DNA of 64,000 bases from Candidatus Electryonea clarkiae. Lineage in GTDB: Bacteria; Electryoneota; Electryoneia; Electryoneales; Electryoneaceae. Within the stretch, counting starts at the first letter, position 1. Every line of letters begins with the position of its first letter. Made by a program: the position numbers and the translations under genes. The notes below the pieces were generated by a model. That model saw only the letters and a program-made list of their open reading frames with translations, did no database searches and was not told the DNA's origin. This document shows positions 9,643 to 19,622 of this stretch, in pieces. The stretch spans positions 28,794-92,793 of the forward strand of contig JAVCCM010000101.1 of assembly GCA_030765455.1 (NCBI GenBank), read 5' to 3'.

Positions 9643-11718
9643 TTAGCCTAATGAGTTTAATGCCAATGCCAGGGGAAATACTTCTTCACAACCATGCTGT
9701 TTTAATAAAGCGGAAAGTACGGTCATAGTCCACTGCGAATCTACCATATCATCAACCAGGAAAGCCGGAGCCTGCGGGATATTGTCTGCGATTTCGAAGA
9801 CGCCGTCAAGATTTCGAGCTTGCTGGACACTATTCTGCTTTGTTTTCTGTTCGGCATTCTGTTTTACTTTTTTAATACAATCAATAAATGGTATTCCAAG
9901 TCTCTCAGCCAACCGCCGGGCAAAACCGGGGACGAGTTCCGGGTGATTCAATGATGGTACACAAGTCAGCCAGTCAGGGTAAGGTTCCGGGTTCCATGAT
10001 TGAATCATCTCAACACAACCGTCAATCAGTTCATCCCCAAATCTGCGGTCGCGGTATTTACCATGTTGAACCATCTCGCCCCAGCCCGCATCACCCCATA
10101 ATGCCAACGCTCTACCCTCTTCAGCCCTGAGGTCTTCAGAAATGAGTCCCTTCCAACCATATATTTCAAATTGATAACTGGGGGGCCATCGTTTCCTCGG
10201 CTCAATCGCCTGATGACTCCGTCTCAGGAAAATTGCAGCCTTGTTTACCAGTTTCTCCGAGGGATATTCTGAAAGTAACGGTTCTCCACGACAACCTGCA
10301 CATTTTCCACATTCCCGGGCATTCGAATCGTCAAGGGCTTCAGCAAGGTATTTCATCAGGCAAGTGTTGGATTGCATATATTCGAGCATCTCAGCTTGTT
10401 CTTTATGCCTTAATTGACCAAGCTGCCTGATCTGTCCAACATCTAATTGATAATTAATCGGCGTACGAAACCATTTGCTTCCTTCTTTGAGAACGGGTGA
10501 GGGATCTTCAACCGATAACAGTTTCAGTACTTTACTAATATCGCCAAAAGTAAGGTTGATAGATTGCTGCATCATCCAGATTGACAATCCTTCTTCAGCG
10601 CCCTCCAATGCAGTCAGCACTTGTTCCACATGTATTTGAGGAGGGAAAGCAGTGCGGATAAAATAATCGGTTATCTCCTTGTCCTCTTCACCACTTAGCA
10701 AAATGCCATATGCTTCTTCTACAGCTCTTCCGGCACGACCTACCTGCTGATAGTAATGAACTACCGATCCCGGACGTTGGAAATGAATTACAAAACCAAG
10801 GTCGGGTTTGTCGAATCCCATCCCCAGGGCAACGGTGGCAACCAAAGCCTTTACATCATTGTTCAGGAGCATTCCTTCAAGAGCCGGTCGGTCTTCGACA
10901 TCCGAATGGTATGGCAGGACATTAATGCCATTCAACCTAAGCCATTCCGCAAGTCGTTCAGAATCTCTTTTAGTCAGGGTGTAAATAATACCGCTTCCCG
11001 GAATTTCAGGCAGGTTTTCTGTCAGCCATGCCATTCTGGAGGCAGGACTCCGAAGCCAGATATTCTGGAGTTTCAAACTTTCACGGATTAGAGGTCCGCG
11101 TACAATCTCCAGGTCGCCAAGTTGTCTTGCTACATCGTTTACGACACGATTATTTGCAGTTGCTGTAGTTGCAAGTACTGGAATATTAGATGGCAAGGCT
11201 TGGAGGATTCTGACAATCCGTTTGTAGTCCGGGCGGAAATCATGCCCCCAATCACTGATACAATGGGCTTCATCAACCACAAATAACCCGACCCGGTTTG
11301 CTATATGCTGGAGGACATTTTTACGGAATTTTTCATTTGCAAGCCGCTCGGGTGAAATCAGCAGTATATCGATTTCGCCCCTTGTCAGTCTTTGTTCGAT
11401 TTCATTCCATTCTTCGACATTACTGGAATTAATGGATTCAGCTACTATGCCTATTCTATTTGCAGCCTGTATCTGGTTACGCATGAGCGCTAAGAGAGGA
11501 GAAATGAGCAGGGTCAAGCCGTAACCTTGGTTGCGGAGTAATCGCGTCGCCAGAAAATATATCATGCTTTTACCCCAACCGGTACGCTGGACAACCAGCA
11601 TCCTTCTCCTATTCAAAAGAGCGCTAATACAATCCCATTGATTATTTCGAAATTCAGCGGTGGGTTGTCCCAATGCCTGACGTAACAATTGAAGGGCTTC
11701 TTGTCTCATATATAGCAT
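9643..11718 (-). CDS. RecQ-family SF2 DNA helicase fused to a C-terminal ComFC/PRTase-like domain (691 aa)
   Basis: RecQ motifs TGWGKS, LISPLLALMRNQ, DEAHCISDWGHDFRPDY and HYYQQVGRAGR. A Cys-rich segment CGKCAGC. C-terminal ~190 aa with ComF-like VPSLNHPELVPGFARRLAERLG...KQNSVQQARNLDGVFEI and the PRPP-loop-like AFLVDDMVDSQWT. Confidence 0.85.
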   Translation of the reverse strand: MLYMRQEALQLLRQALGQPTAEFRNNQWDCISALLNRRRMLVVQRTGWGKSMIYFLATRLLRNQGYGLTLLISPLLALMRNQIQAANRIGIVAESINSSNVEEWNEIEQRLTRGEIDILLISPERLANEKFRKNVLQHIANRVGLFVVDEAHCISDWGHDFRPDYKRIVRILQALPSNIPVLATTATANNRVVNDVARQLGDLEIVRGPLIRESLKLQNIWLRSPASRMAWLTENLPEIPGSGIIYTLTKRDSERLAEWLRLNGINVLPYHSDVEDRPALEGMLLNNDVKALVATVALGMGFDKPDLGFVIHFQRPGSVVHYYQQVGRAGRAVEEAYGILLSGEEDKEITDYFIRTAFPPQIHVEQVLTALEGAEEGLSIWMMQQSINLTFGDISKVLKLLSVEDPSPVLKEGSKWFRTPINYQLDVGQIRQLGQLRHKEQAEMLEYMQSNTCLMKYLAEALDDSNARECGKCAGCRGEPLLSEYPSEKLVNKAAIFLRRSHQAIEPRKRWPPSYQFEIYGWKGLISEDLRAEEGRALALWGDAGWGEMVQHGKYRDRRFGDELIDGCVEMIQSWNPEPYPDWLTCVPSLNHPELVPGFARRLAERLGIPFIDCIKKVKQNAEQKTKQNSVQQARNLDGVFEIADNIPQAPAFLVDDMVDSQWTMTVLSALLKQHGCEEVFPLALALNSLG

Positions 11719-11793
11719 CTCCTATATACTTCGGACATTGAATTTTGTTTTGTCTAAGGAAATCAGGTCTGAACATTTTGTGCAGAAATATAT

Positions 11794-12396
11794 TCAACTA
11801 TTTTGTTTATATTTTTCAGGTATAACATCGACAATTTTCAGGCGAGTTAATATTGCCGGTAGAAGCAGAGCGAAAATAAAACCATTTGAAATTAAATGAA
11901 TAGCGGCAAATGGCAGCCCTGCAATGATAAAAGGAACCCAACCTTTTCCCGGACCAATTCCAGTTGATATGGGGAAGGCAATAGTCGTAATTATATCAAA
12001 TAAGGCTGTGACAAAAATCCCGGCAACGAGACAAATTATAACTCTTTGGAGTATGTTGCCGCTTCCAATGGGTCGTCTCAAAAGCCCGAACAAAAACCCG
12101 TTTAAACCCTGACCGACCATTTGTGCGATCCAGACGGGTGGGAAAGGGATGCCCCATGCATTCAAACCGTTATAAATTATGACGGATAATATTCCGACCG
12201 TCAAACCGCCAATCGATCCAAGATATAATCCGGCAAGAGATATGACTACAGTGATCAACTCGACATTAGGTACAGCTATCAGTATGTATCCGCATACAAC
12301 AGCCATCGCGGTAAACAGGCTGATCTGTGCCAGTCTTTTGGATTTCAGCACATTTTCTAATGATGAATGTTTCGAGTTTATTGATCCTGGAGTCAT
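11794..12396 (-). CDS. Polytopic membrane protein, ECF-transporter S-component-like (about 6 TM helices)
   Basis: Hydrophobic profile only. The start overlaps the rplS stop and the true start may be internal. Confidence 0.45.
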   Translation of the reverse strand: MTPGSINSKHSSLENVLKSKRLAQISLFTAMAVVCGYILIAVPNVELITVVISLAGLYLGSIGGLTVGILSVIIYNGLNAWGIPFPPVWIAQMVGQGLNGFLFGLLRRPIGSGNILQRVIICLVAGIFVTALFDIITTIAFPISTGIGPGKGWVPFIIAGLPFAAIHLISNGFIFALLLPAILTRLKIVDVIPEKYKQNS

Positions 12397-12767
12397 GCCT
12401 TCGCTGAACGGCGCGGCGCGGTCTTTCGCTCTTTAATGCGCGCGGCTTTTCCGATGCGGTCTCTAAGATAATAAATCTTTGCACGGCGTACGGCGCCCAG
12501 GCGATCCACCTCGATTTTTGCAATGTTTGGAGAGTGAAGCGGAAAAACACGCTCTACGCCAATACCGCCTGAGATCTTGCGGACAGTAAAAGTTGCTTTA
12601 GCAGCTTTCCCTTTTCTCCCGATAACAACACCTTTAAAAAGCTGAATACGCTCTTTGCCCGCTTCTACAATGCGTACATGCACTTTGATTGTATCACCAG
12701 GACCAAAGTCAGGAATATCTTCACGTAAATCACGACGTTCCAATTCTTGAATAATTAAATCCGACAT
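12393..12767 (-). CDS. rplS: 50S ribosomal protein L19
   Basis: [30 protein letters not shown]...conserved L19 sequence. Confidence 0.95.
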   Translation of the reverse strand: MSDLIIQELERRDLREDIPDFGPGDTIKVHVRIVEAGKERIQLFKGVVIGRKGKAAKATFTVRKISGGIGVERVFPLHSPNIAKIEVDRLGAVRRAKIYYLRDRIGKAARIKERKTAPRRSAKA

Positions 12768-12853
12768 CTTATCACCAAAATTAAGTTTGAAGTACGAAAA
12801 TGAAAGTAATGAATATAAATATTTCAGAGTTAAAATTTCTTGTTTTTAAATTA

Positions 12854-13555
12854 CTAATTTCTAATTCCTAATTGCTTTTCATATATGTCCGGTCTCAATT
12901 TTTTTGTTCTGTCAACAGCCTGTTTTTCTCGCCACTCATCAATTTTGGCATGATGTCCACTAAGCAGAACATCAGGCGCTTTGATTCCTTCCCATTCCGC
13001 AGGCTGGGTATAGTGAGGATGATCAAGCAATCCTCGAGTAAAACTGTCACCCATTGCAGAAGCCGCATCTCCCAACACTCCCGGCTGGAGGCGGATGATT
13101 GAGTCGGCTATGGCAACAGCGGGGATTTCGCCGCCGCTAAGGATATAGTCCCCAATGCTTATTTCAGTATCAATAAATTCGTCTATTGCTCTCTGATCAA
13201 GACCTTTATAATGACCACAAATTATTGTCAATCTTTGTTTTTTTGCTAATTCTTCTACCAAGTCCTGGTCAAGTTGTCTCCCCTGGGGACTGGTATAAAT
13301 AATATACGGCTCCGGCTCTGGACGTGTTTTTCTTAAATGACGAATGCAATTTGCAATGGGCTCTACTTTTAGAACCATTCCCGGTCCGCCACCCAATGGT
13401 TTGTCATCGACCGTATGATGTTTATCTGTCGCGAAATCCCTTAATTGAATCAATTCAATCTCAACTGCTTCAAATCGTTGAGCACGCGCCGGAATTGACT
13501 CGTTTAACATCGCCCTGATTCCATCAGGGAATAGTGTGATAATTTCAATCAGCAT
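12854..13555 (-). CDS. trmD: tRNA (guanine37-N1)-methyltransferase
   Basis: MLIEIITLFPDGI...YTSPQGR...SIGDYILSGGEIPA TrmD signature. Confidence 0.95.
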   Translation of the reverse strand: MLIEIITLFPDGIRAMLNESIPARAQRFEAVEIELIQLRDFATDKHHTVDDKPLGGGPGMVLKVEPIANCIRHLRKTRPEPEPYIIYTSPQGRQLDQDLVEELAKKQRLTIICGHYKGLDQRAIDEFIDTEISIGDYILSGGEIPAVAIADSIIRLQPGVLGDAASAMGDSFTRGLLDHPHYTQPAEWEGIKAPDVLLSGHHAKIDEWREKQAVDRTKKLRPDIYEKQLGIRN

Positions 13556-13561
13556 TTCTTT

Positions 13562-14116
13562 TCAATCAGGAACTTTATTCATATCAACAAGACCGTCAGG
13601 CAATATTACCTTAATCAATTTTGTTTTAATATCAACAGATTTTACAAATTCTTTGACAGCCGGTATCATCACTACGCCATGTTTTCCTTTGACAAGCCAG
13701 ATATCCTGGGCTGACTGGTCTAAGATTTCCTCGATTATTCCTATATTGCCATGAATTTCGCATTCTACCTTACACCCGACAAGATCATCTATGAAATACA
13801 TAGATTCAGGCAATTCATCCCGCTCAGTTACATCGACGAAAAGTTCGCCACCGATCAGGGGTTCAGCAAGCTCGCGTGTCGGACATTCATGCAACCGGAG
13901 ATAAGCCATGCCCCCTTCTGTCCGGCTTCTTTTGATTGCAAAGTATTTTAAATCTCCGCCTTCAAGCTGAATCCAAATTCCCTCCAGGAATTGAAATCTA
14001 TCCAGACTCCATGTCCAGGGAAGAATCTTCAGATCACCTCTTAATCCTCTGGTCTTGACAATCTTGCCCAGATATACCCGCCGGTCTGACGGGGGGGGTG
14101 TTCTATCAGCGTTCAA
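13562..14116 (-). CDS. rimM: 16S rRNA processing protein RimM
   Basis: LGKIVKTRGLRGDLKI...PRC-barrel C-terminus. Position between rpsP and trmD is canonical. Confidence 0.9.
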   Translation of the reverse strand: MNADRTPPPSDRRVYLGKIVKTRGLRGDLKILPWTWSLDRFQFLEGIWIQLEGGDLKYFAIKRSRTEGGMAYLRLHECPTRELAEPLIGGELFVDVTERDELPESMYFIDDLVGCKVECEIHGNIGIIEEILDQSAQDIWLVKGKHGVVMIPAVKEFVKSVDIKTKLIKVILPDGLVDMNKVPD

Positions 14117-14967
14117 GCCTTATCCGTTGAAGCGTCCTTCTTCTCCTTGTCTTCGGTCTTTTTCTTCTCTGCCGGTTTAGCAGTATCAGATTTTTCAGCT
14201 TTTTTCTTTGGAGAAGCTTTCTTTTCTGTTTTTTCCTTTGGCTTTTCCTCTGGTTCCGGAGCGGCTTCTTTTTTCTCGTCAACCTTTTTTGCGCTTTTCG
14301 CCTTTGGTTCAGCTTTTGGCTTTTCTTCAGTTTTTTTGGCTTCCGGTTCTTTTTCGACTGTCTTTTCAGCTTTTACTTCAGGCTTGTCCTTGTCGCTGGT
14401 TTCCTGCTTCTTCGCGGCTTTTTTCTTTTCCTTCTCAACCGGTACCTCTGCGACTTTTTCTTCTACCTTTGCTTCGACAGCTTTTTCCGCTTTTTTATCT
14501 TCTTTCTTTTCTATTTTTTCAGCGGGTTTTTCAGCCTTGGCGGGTTTCGCTTTTGCCTTTGGTTTCTTTTCTTTTTCCGGCTCCTCTTCAGGTGCTTTGA
14601 ATTCCGGAACCTCAGGTTTAGCCGGTTTTTCTTTGTTCAGAACGCCATAATGTTTCTCCTGGAGTTCCTTTACCGCTGCTTCGATTTTTTCAGCGTCATA
14701 TCCGCGTTTTGTCATATCCCAGCGAAGCATAACGCCTTCCCGCCTGAACAAACTTTTGACTGAATCAGAAGGCAAAGCGCCTCGATTGAGCCATTTCAAG
14801 GCGATTTCATGATCGACACTTACTTCACTCGGACGTGGTATCGGATCATAAAGACCAATTTTCTCTATATATGCTCCATCTCTTTTCTTGCGGCTGTCAA
14901 CCGCTACGATGCGATAATACGGACGTTTTTTCCGTCCCATACGTGAAAGCCTGATTTTTACTGCCAC
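14113..14967 (-). CDS. rpsP: 30S ribosomal protein S16 with a ~190 aa low-complexity K/E/A/P-rich C-terminal extension
   Basis: VAVKIRLSRMGRKKRPYYRIVAVDSRKKRDG matches the S16 N-terminus. GTG at 14967 with GGAG about 10 nt upstream is preferred over the upstream extension that would overlap ffh. The tail is KPAKAEKPAEKIEKKEDKK... Confidence 0.88.
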   Translation of the reverse strand: MAVKIRLSRMGRKKRPYYRIVAVDSRKKRDGAYIEKIGLYDPIPRPSEVSVDHEIALKWLNRGALPSDSVKSLFRREGVMLRWDMTKRGYDAEKIEAAVKELQEKHYGVLNKEKPAKPEVPEFKAPEEEPEKEKKPKAKAKPAKAEKPAEKIEKKEDKKAEKAVEAKVEEKVAEVPVEKEKKKAAKKQETSDKDKPEVKAEKTVEKEPEAKKTEEKPKAEPKAKSAKKVDEKKEAAPEPEEKPKEKTEKKASPKKKAEKSDTAKPAEKKKTEDKEKKDASTDKA

Positions 14968-14986
14968 TTGGTTTTTCTCCTTTAAT

Positions 14987-16312
14987 CTATCCGGGCATAG
15001 GACCAAAGCCAAAGGGTAAGCCTTTGCCTCCTTTGCCCATCCTTTTCATCATTTTTTTCATCTGTAAAAACTGGTTGAGCAGGCGGTTTACGTCCTGAAC
15101 TGATAATCCGCATCCTCTCGCAATACGTTTGCGCCTGCTGCCGTTAATAATTTGTGGTCGCCGGCGTTCATCGGGAGTCATTGAGAGAATAATCGCTTCA
15201 ACGTGTTTCATTTCGCTGGGATCTACCTCAACGCCCTTAAGTGCTTTGCTTGCTCCCGGTATCATTTGTAAGAGACCTTCCAAAGGTCCCATCTTATTGA
15301 TCTGGCGAAGTTGATCCAGAAAATCCTCAAGGTCGAACTGCGCCTTTTTGAATTTTATGGCGAGTTTTTCCGCCTCTTCAATATCTATTACTTCCTGAGC
15401 CTTCTCAACTAAAGATACTACATCACCCAGACCAAGGATACGGTTAGCCTGTCGGGCGGGATGAAATTCATCCAGATCTTCAAGTTTTTCACCGACTCCG
15501 ATAAAACGTATCGGTTGACCGGTAACCTCACGGATGCTAAGTGCTGCGCCTCCACGCGCGTCACCGTCCATTTTGGTCAGAATTATACCCGAAATGCCAA
15601 GTTGTTCGTTAAATGCTCTGGCTGAATTGACAGCATCCTGTCCGGTCATTCCGTCAGCAACGAATATAGTCTCAGCGGGTCGTAATTCCTCCTTTAGTTC
15701 AATTAACTCTGCCATCAGGGCATCGTCAACATGTAAACGCCCTGCAGTATCAACAATCAGGGTGTCAAGCCCGGTTAACTTTGCTTCCAGTTTTGCTTCC
15801 CTTGCAACAGTTAGCGGGGTTGAGCCCTGTTTTGCAATTACTTTAATTCCAGCTTGCTGGCCTAAAATTTCCAGTTGATCAACGGCAGCAGGACGTTGCA
15901 AGTCACACGCTGCCAACAAAGGTCGCATTCCATGTTTCTTCAGATAAACGCCGAGCTTGCCAACCGAAGTTGTCTTTCCGGCTCCTTGAAGACCTACCAT
16001 CAAATATACTGAAGGCGCCTCCTTGCTGCGCCGTAATTGAGACCAATTCCCACCGAGCAGCTCTACGAGTTCATCATGAATTATTTTTATCACCTGCTGC
16101 GACGGAGTGATGGATTTTAATACCTCTTCTCCGATGGCGCGAGTTTCAACTCTTTTGAGAAAGTCGCGGGCAACTTTAAAGTTAACGTCTGCTTCAAGCA
16201 AAATGCGACGTACTTCACGAAGCGCTGCCTTTACATCACTTTCTGTAAGCTTGCCTCGTCCGCGAAGTTTCTTAAAAAAGCCGTCGAGCTTATCTGTCAG
16301 TTCATTAAACAT
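14987..16312 (-). CDS. ffh: Signal recognition particle protein Ffh
   Basis: GLQGAGKTT, DTAGR, TKMDGDARGGAA and an M-domain with a Met-rich C-terminus. Confidence 0.95.
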   Translation of the reverse strand: MFNELTDKLDGFFKKLRGRGKLTESDVKAALREVRRILLEADVNFKVARDFLKRVETRAIGEEVLKSITPSQQVIKIIHDELVELLGGNWSQLRRSKEAPSVYLMVGLQGAGKTTSVGKLGVYLKKHGMRPLLAACDLQRPAAVDQLEILGQQAGIKVIAKQGSTPLTVAREAKLEAKLTGLDTLIVDTAGRLHVDDALMAELIELKEELRPAETIFVADGMTGQDAVNSARAFNEQLGISGIILTKMDGDARGGAALSIREVTGQPIRFIGVGEKLEDLDEFHPARQANRILGLGDVVSLVEKAQEVIDIEEAEKLAIKFKKAQFDLEDFLDQLRQINKMGPLEGLLQMIPGASKALKGVEVDPSEMKHVEAIILSMTPDERRRPQIINGSRRKRIARGCGLSVQDVNRLLNQFLQMKKMMKRMGKGGKGLPFGFGPMPG

Positions 16313-16413
16313 TTTGATTTATGTCAAGATAATACAGATATTAATATAAAATACTCTTAAAATTTACTATTGAAAACAATTTTCCCTTAGGGGGATCACT
16401 CGTATCAATTTTG

Positions 16414-16914
16414 TTAAAAACTCTTTCTTTTTTCGCAATAACGTTCCAGAACTGTCTCGACTACGTTTGTGGTAGATAAGCCTTCAACAAGAGGAATAAT
16501 CTCAACTCGACCACCACCGGCCTCTACAATTTCCTTACCGACAACCGAATCAGGTGTATAATCACCACCTTTTACCAGTATATCCGGCTTAAGGTTCTCT
16601 AACAATCGGAGAGGAGTATCCTCATCAAACAAAACCACCAAGTCAACAGCATCGAGCCCACATAAGAGAGCAGCTCGATTTTGTTCATCCACAATTGGTC
16701 TAAGAGGTCCCTTTATATTTTGAACACTTTTATCTGAATTCAAACCGAGAATCAACGCATCTCCAAGCGCCCTGGCTTTTTCAAGTGTATCCAAATGTCC
16801 AGCATGAAGAATATCAAATACTCCATTGGTAAAAACTATTCTTTTACCATGCTGACCGGCATCTTCACGCCATTTTTTTGCAGCTTCCCAGTCTAATATG
16901 CATGACTTATTCAT
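16414..16914 (-). CDS. D-glycero-beta-D-manno-heptose 1-phosphate adenylyltransferase (stand-alone HldE/RfaE domain II)
   Basis: FTNGVFDILHAGHLDTLEKARALGDALILGLNSDKSVQNIKGPLRPI...PDILVKGGDY cytidylyltransferase-like motif. Confidence 0.8.
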   Translation of the reverse strand: MNKSCILDWEAAKKWREDAGQHGKRIVFTNGVFDILHAGHLDTLEKARALGDALILGLNSDKSVQNIKGPLRPIVDEQNRAALLCGLDAVDLVVLFDEDTPLRLLENLKPDILVKGGDYTPDSVVGKEIVEAGGGRVEIIPLVEGLSTTNVVETVLERYCEKRKSF

Positions 16915-16949
16915 TTTTCTTGTCCGGAATCATCAATGAGGAGATACAA

Positions 16950-17105
16950 ATGTCAAAGAGAACTAAAATAAAATACCCCGGTGTCTATTACCGGGATGTA
17001 ACAAGAATCGGAAGTTCAGGAATTGAGCGTGTATATTTCATCCGATTCAAGCGTGAAGGGAAAGTAATCGAAGAGAAAGTAGAAGGCAATACGTTGACAA
17101 TATGA
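16950..17105 (+). pseudogene. 51-aa ORF resembling the N-terminal arm-type DNA-binding domain of tyrosine integrases (probable integrase remnant)
   Basis: GAGGAG RBS 6 nt upstream. KIKYPGVYYRDVTRIGSSGIERVYFIRFKREGKVIEEKVEG resembles Int N-terminal domains. Stops after 51 aa and is followed by 330 bp of AT-rich non-coding DNA. No tRNA nearby. Confidence 0.35.
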
Positions 17106-17440
17106 CTCCTGCGAGAGCCTCGCAATTCCAGGCGTACCAAATATATGGTAAAAATGAATATAGGAGAGGAAAGAGAGTGGGTGTAGATAGCAAATATGTT
17201 CTCAATTAATTGCTTTTTTTTGGTAGAAAATATTAATATTCTTTGTAAATTCAAATATATACATCTATATTCTTTTACTGTTTTATTTAGCTAAGGTGCA
17301 AACAATAAATTCTGTGTAACCAGTAATTTAATTGGTTCGGATTGTAAAAATTTCTTATGTTCAAGTCTAAATCGCAAATTTCATTAAGATCTGAGATAGA
17401 AATCAAAATCATTTTAAAATTAAACAGTTATAATTAATTT

Positions 17441-18664
17441 ATGAATTTTGATATAATTATTATCCTCCTATCGCTTGTATTAAGTGGTTTCTTTTCAGGT
17501 ACTGAAACAGCATATACTGTCGCGGGACGTCTGGCAATGGAGGTTTTTCATCGCCACAAACGCCGCGGCGCCGCTGCCGCAGAGAAATTCTACTCAAATC
17601 CGAATCTATTTTTTACCATTACCCTTGTCGGGACTAACCTTGTTGGCGTTATCTACAGCTCTGTAGCAGCGCTTTTCCTTCATCGTCTCGGTATGCCTAT
17701 TGAGGGAATCCTGATAATCAGTCCGTTAATTCTGCTTGTATTCGGTGAAATCTTACCCAAATCGCTTGCGCGTGAAAATCCTGAAAGATTTGCATTACTG
17801 GCTTCCGCTCCTCTATGGGTTTCTTACTATTTAATGATTCCAATTATTTTTGTTGCGATGGGTGCAAGCAGATTGATACTGAAGCTTTTCAAGCAGGAAG
17901 CAGGCAATGAAGCTGCTTCTATTACTCTTTCCGAATTACGGCAAACCTGGCAGGAGCTGGAAAAATCAGGGATTGTCAACGGCGAGGAAGCGGATATGCT
18001 CGAAAGGATGATTGCCCTTAGAGATATTAAATTAAATGAAGTGATGACGCCTCGCACTCATGCGGAAGCATTGCCGATTTCTGCAAAAGTAGAAGAAGCC
18101 GAGGAAATTGTCCGCTCAAGTGGATTTTCGAAAATTCCTGTATATGAGGACGACCTTGATCATATTGTCGGTATAATATTCGCCAAAGATCTACTTAAAA
18201 ACCCTGGCAATTTGTATGAAATAAAAAGACCAATAATATTTATCCCTGAATTAGTCGGTGTCCGCCAGTTATTTGAGATGCTTCGCCAGCAGAGAGTGTC
18301 ACTCGCTGTCGTGGTAGATGAACATGGCGGTACTGCCGGGATAATTACTCTTGAAGATCTTATCGAATTGCTTGTGGGTGAGATCGAGGATGAACATGAT
18401 AAAAAGTCAGAAACAATCAAAAAAGTAGCTCATCGAGCCTGGCTCGTAACCGGTGACACAAAACTTCAACGTATTACCTCCCTACTTGGAGCTGGTATTC
18501 CTGATGGAGATTTTGAGACTGTAAGCGGCCTGATCCTGGATAAGCTTGGAAATATTCCTAAACCGGGAGAGCTGGTAGAAATCAATAGTATAATTTTCCG
18601 CATAATATCCGCAAGCAGCAACCGTATAAACAAGGTGTTGATCCGATTACCTTCGTCTGATTAA
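17441..18664 (+). CDS. CNNM/CorC/HlyC-family transporter (DUF21 + tandem CBS + CorC_HlyC domain)
   Basis: N-terminal TM region, CBS pairs and a C-terminal transporter-associated domain (GELVEINSIIFRII). Confidence 0.85.
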   Translation: MNFDIIIILLSLVLSGFFSGTETAYTVAGRLAMEVFHRHKRRGAAAAEKFYSNPNLFFTITLVGTNLVGVIYSSVAALFLHRLGMPIEGILIISPLILLVFGEILPKSLARENPERFALLASAPLWVSYYLMIPIIFVAMGASRLILKLFKQEAGNEAASITLSELRQTWQELEKSGIVNGEEADMLERMIALRDIKLNEVMTPRTHAEALPISAKVEEAEEIVRSSGFSKIPVYEDDLDHIVGIIFAKDLLKNPGNLYEIKRPIIFIPELVGVRQLFEMLRQQRVSLAVVVDEHGGTAGIITLEDLIELLVGEIEDEHDKKSETIKKVAHRAWLVTGDTKLQRITSLLGAGIPDGDFETVSGLILDKLGNIPKPGELVEINSIIFRIISASSNRINKVLIRLPSSD

Positions 18665-18908
18665 ATAGAAATCACAATTTTAGTACATTGAAATGTACCT
18701 CGTAGTAGATCCATTTTGGCGAAAGACACCTACAACTCGATACAAGAGCCGTTCTCCTGGAGACAAATTCTGATTTGAGGTGATTTTTCCCGCTCCAAGA
18801 CTTGCTTAATGGATATTATATATTTATCCTCTTTGTTAGACAATGCCTGTTTTTGATAAAATATTTTACTTATTCAGGTGGTAACAATTTATTTTAAGGG
18901 AGGATATT

Positions 18909-19346
18909 ATGAGTACAACGAAGTATTATTATATTGCAGTTAATCCTGATGGACGATCTGCAGCTGGCGGCGAAACCCACACCAAGGAATGGTTATCCTT
19001 TGAAGATAACGGCAAGATCGAAGGCAAGGGAGATGGGAATAGTATTGATATTCAATTCGGTCATGGACTTGAGGCAGACCAGACAATAGAATGGAGCGCT
19101 GCACAAGCTTTAGCCTCCGGTGGAACAGAATTTCTAAAGGATGATTTAGAAACCTCACAAGACGATGGTAAATTTGAATTTGAAAAGAACGGTGCAAAAT
19201 CCGCAGTCGTACCGGTTAAATGCACCTGCGCAGCAGGTAAGGCGAATTTTTTATCAATACAGAGCGACGACGACTGGAACACTTGGTGGGAACGAGGGGA
19301 CACATCCAACCTGACATGCGACAATGCTCCAGTAGCAGACTGGTAA
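18909..19346 (+). CDS. Hypothetical protein (145 aa, 4 Cys, acidic)
   Basis: Strong RBS AAGGGAGG. No signal peptide. Followed by a long hairpin. Confidence 0.55.
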   Translation: MSTTKYYYIAVNPDGRSAAGGETHTKEWLSFEDNGKIEGKGDGNSIDIQFGHGLEADQTIEWSAAQALASGGTEFLKDDLETSQDDGKFEFEKNGAKSAVVPVKCTCAAGKANFLSIQSDDDWNTWWERGDTSNLTCDNAPVADW

Positions 19347-19381
19347 ACAGCGTTCGGTGGTAAATTACAATGTTGTAGGGA

Positions 19382-19433
19382 CAGGATTTATCCGCCGGTT
19401 TTTGAGTCAATGGAATGGGGCGGATAAATCCTG
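19382..19433 (+). terminator. 15 bp perfect inverted repeat CAGGATTTATCCGCC/GGCGGATAAATCCTG with a 22 nt loop
   Basis: Immediately downstream of the 18909..19346 gene. No strong U-tract. Confidence 0.4.
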
Positions 19434-19622
19434 CCTCTAAATTCTCATGTATCAAATAATATCCCTAATCTATATACGCATTGATTTGTTAGCGCTGATA
19501 TAAGATATTAAAAATCTATACATTTCGGTCATTATAACTATGCAAATGGCAAATGCTCAGTATAAACATATCTTATACTTTAATTCTGTTTGTTTTGATC
19601 TTTTCTCTTTTTACCTTGCGGC

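Noticed and set aside
12851-12875. Shared AATTAGGAATT-type motif at 12851 and 38712
   Set aside because: Short AT-rich similarity with inconsistent positions relative to genes. Probably chance.
14147-14650. Two plus-strand ORFs of 167 and 130 aa, rich in F/S/L
   Set aside because: Antisense translation of the low-complexity K/E-rich tail of rpsP.
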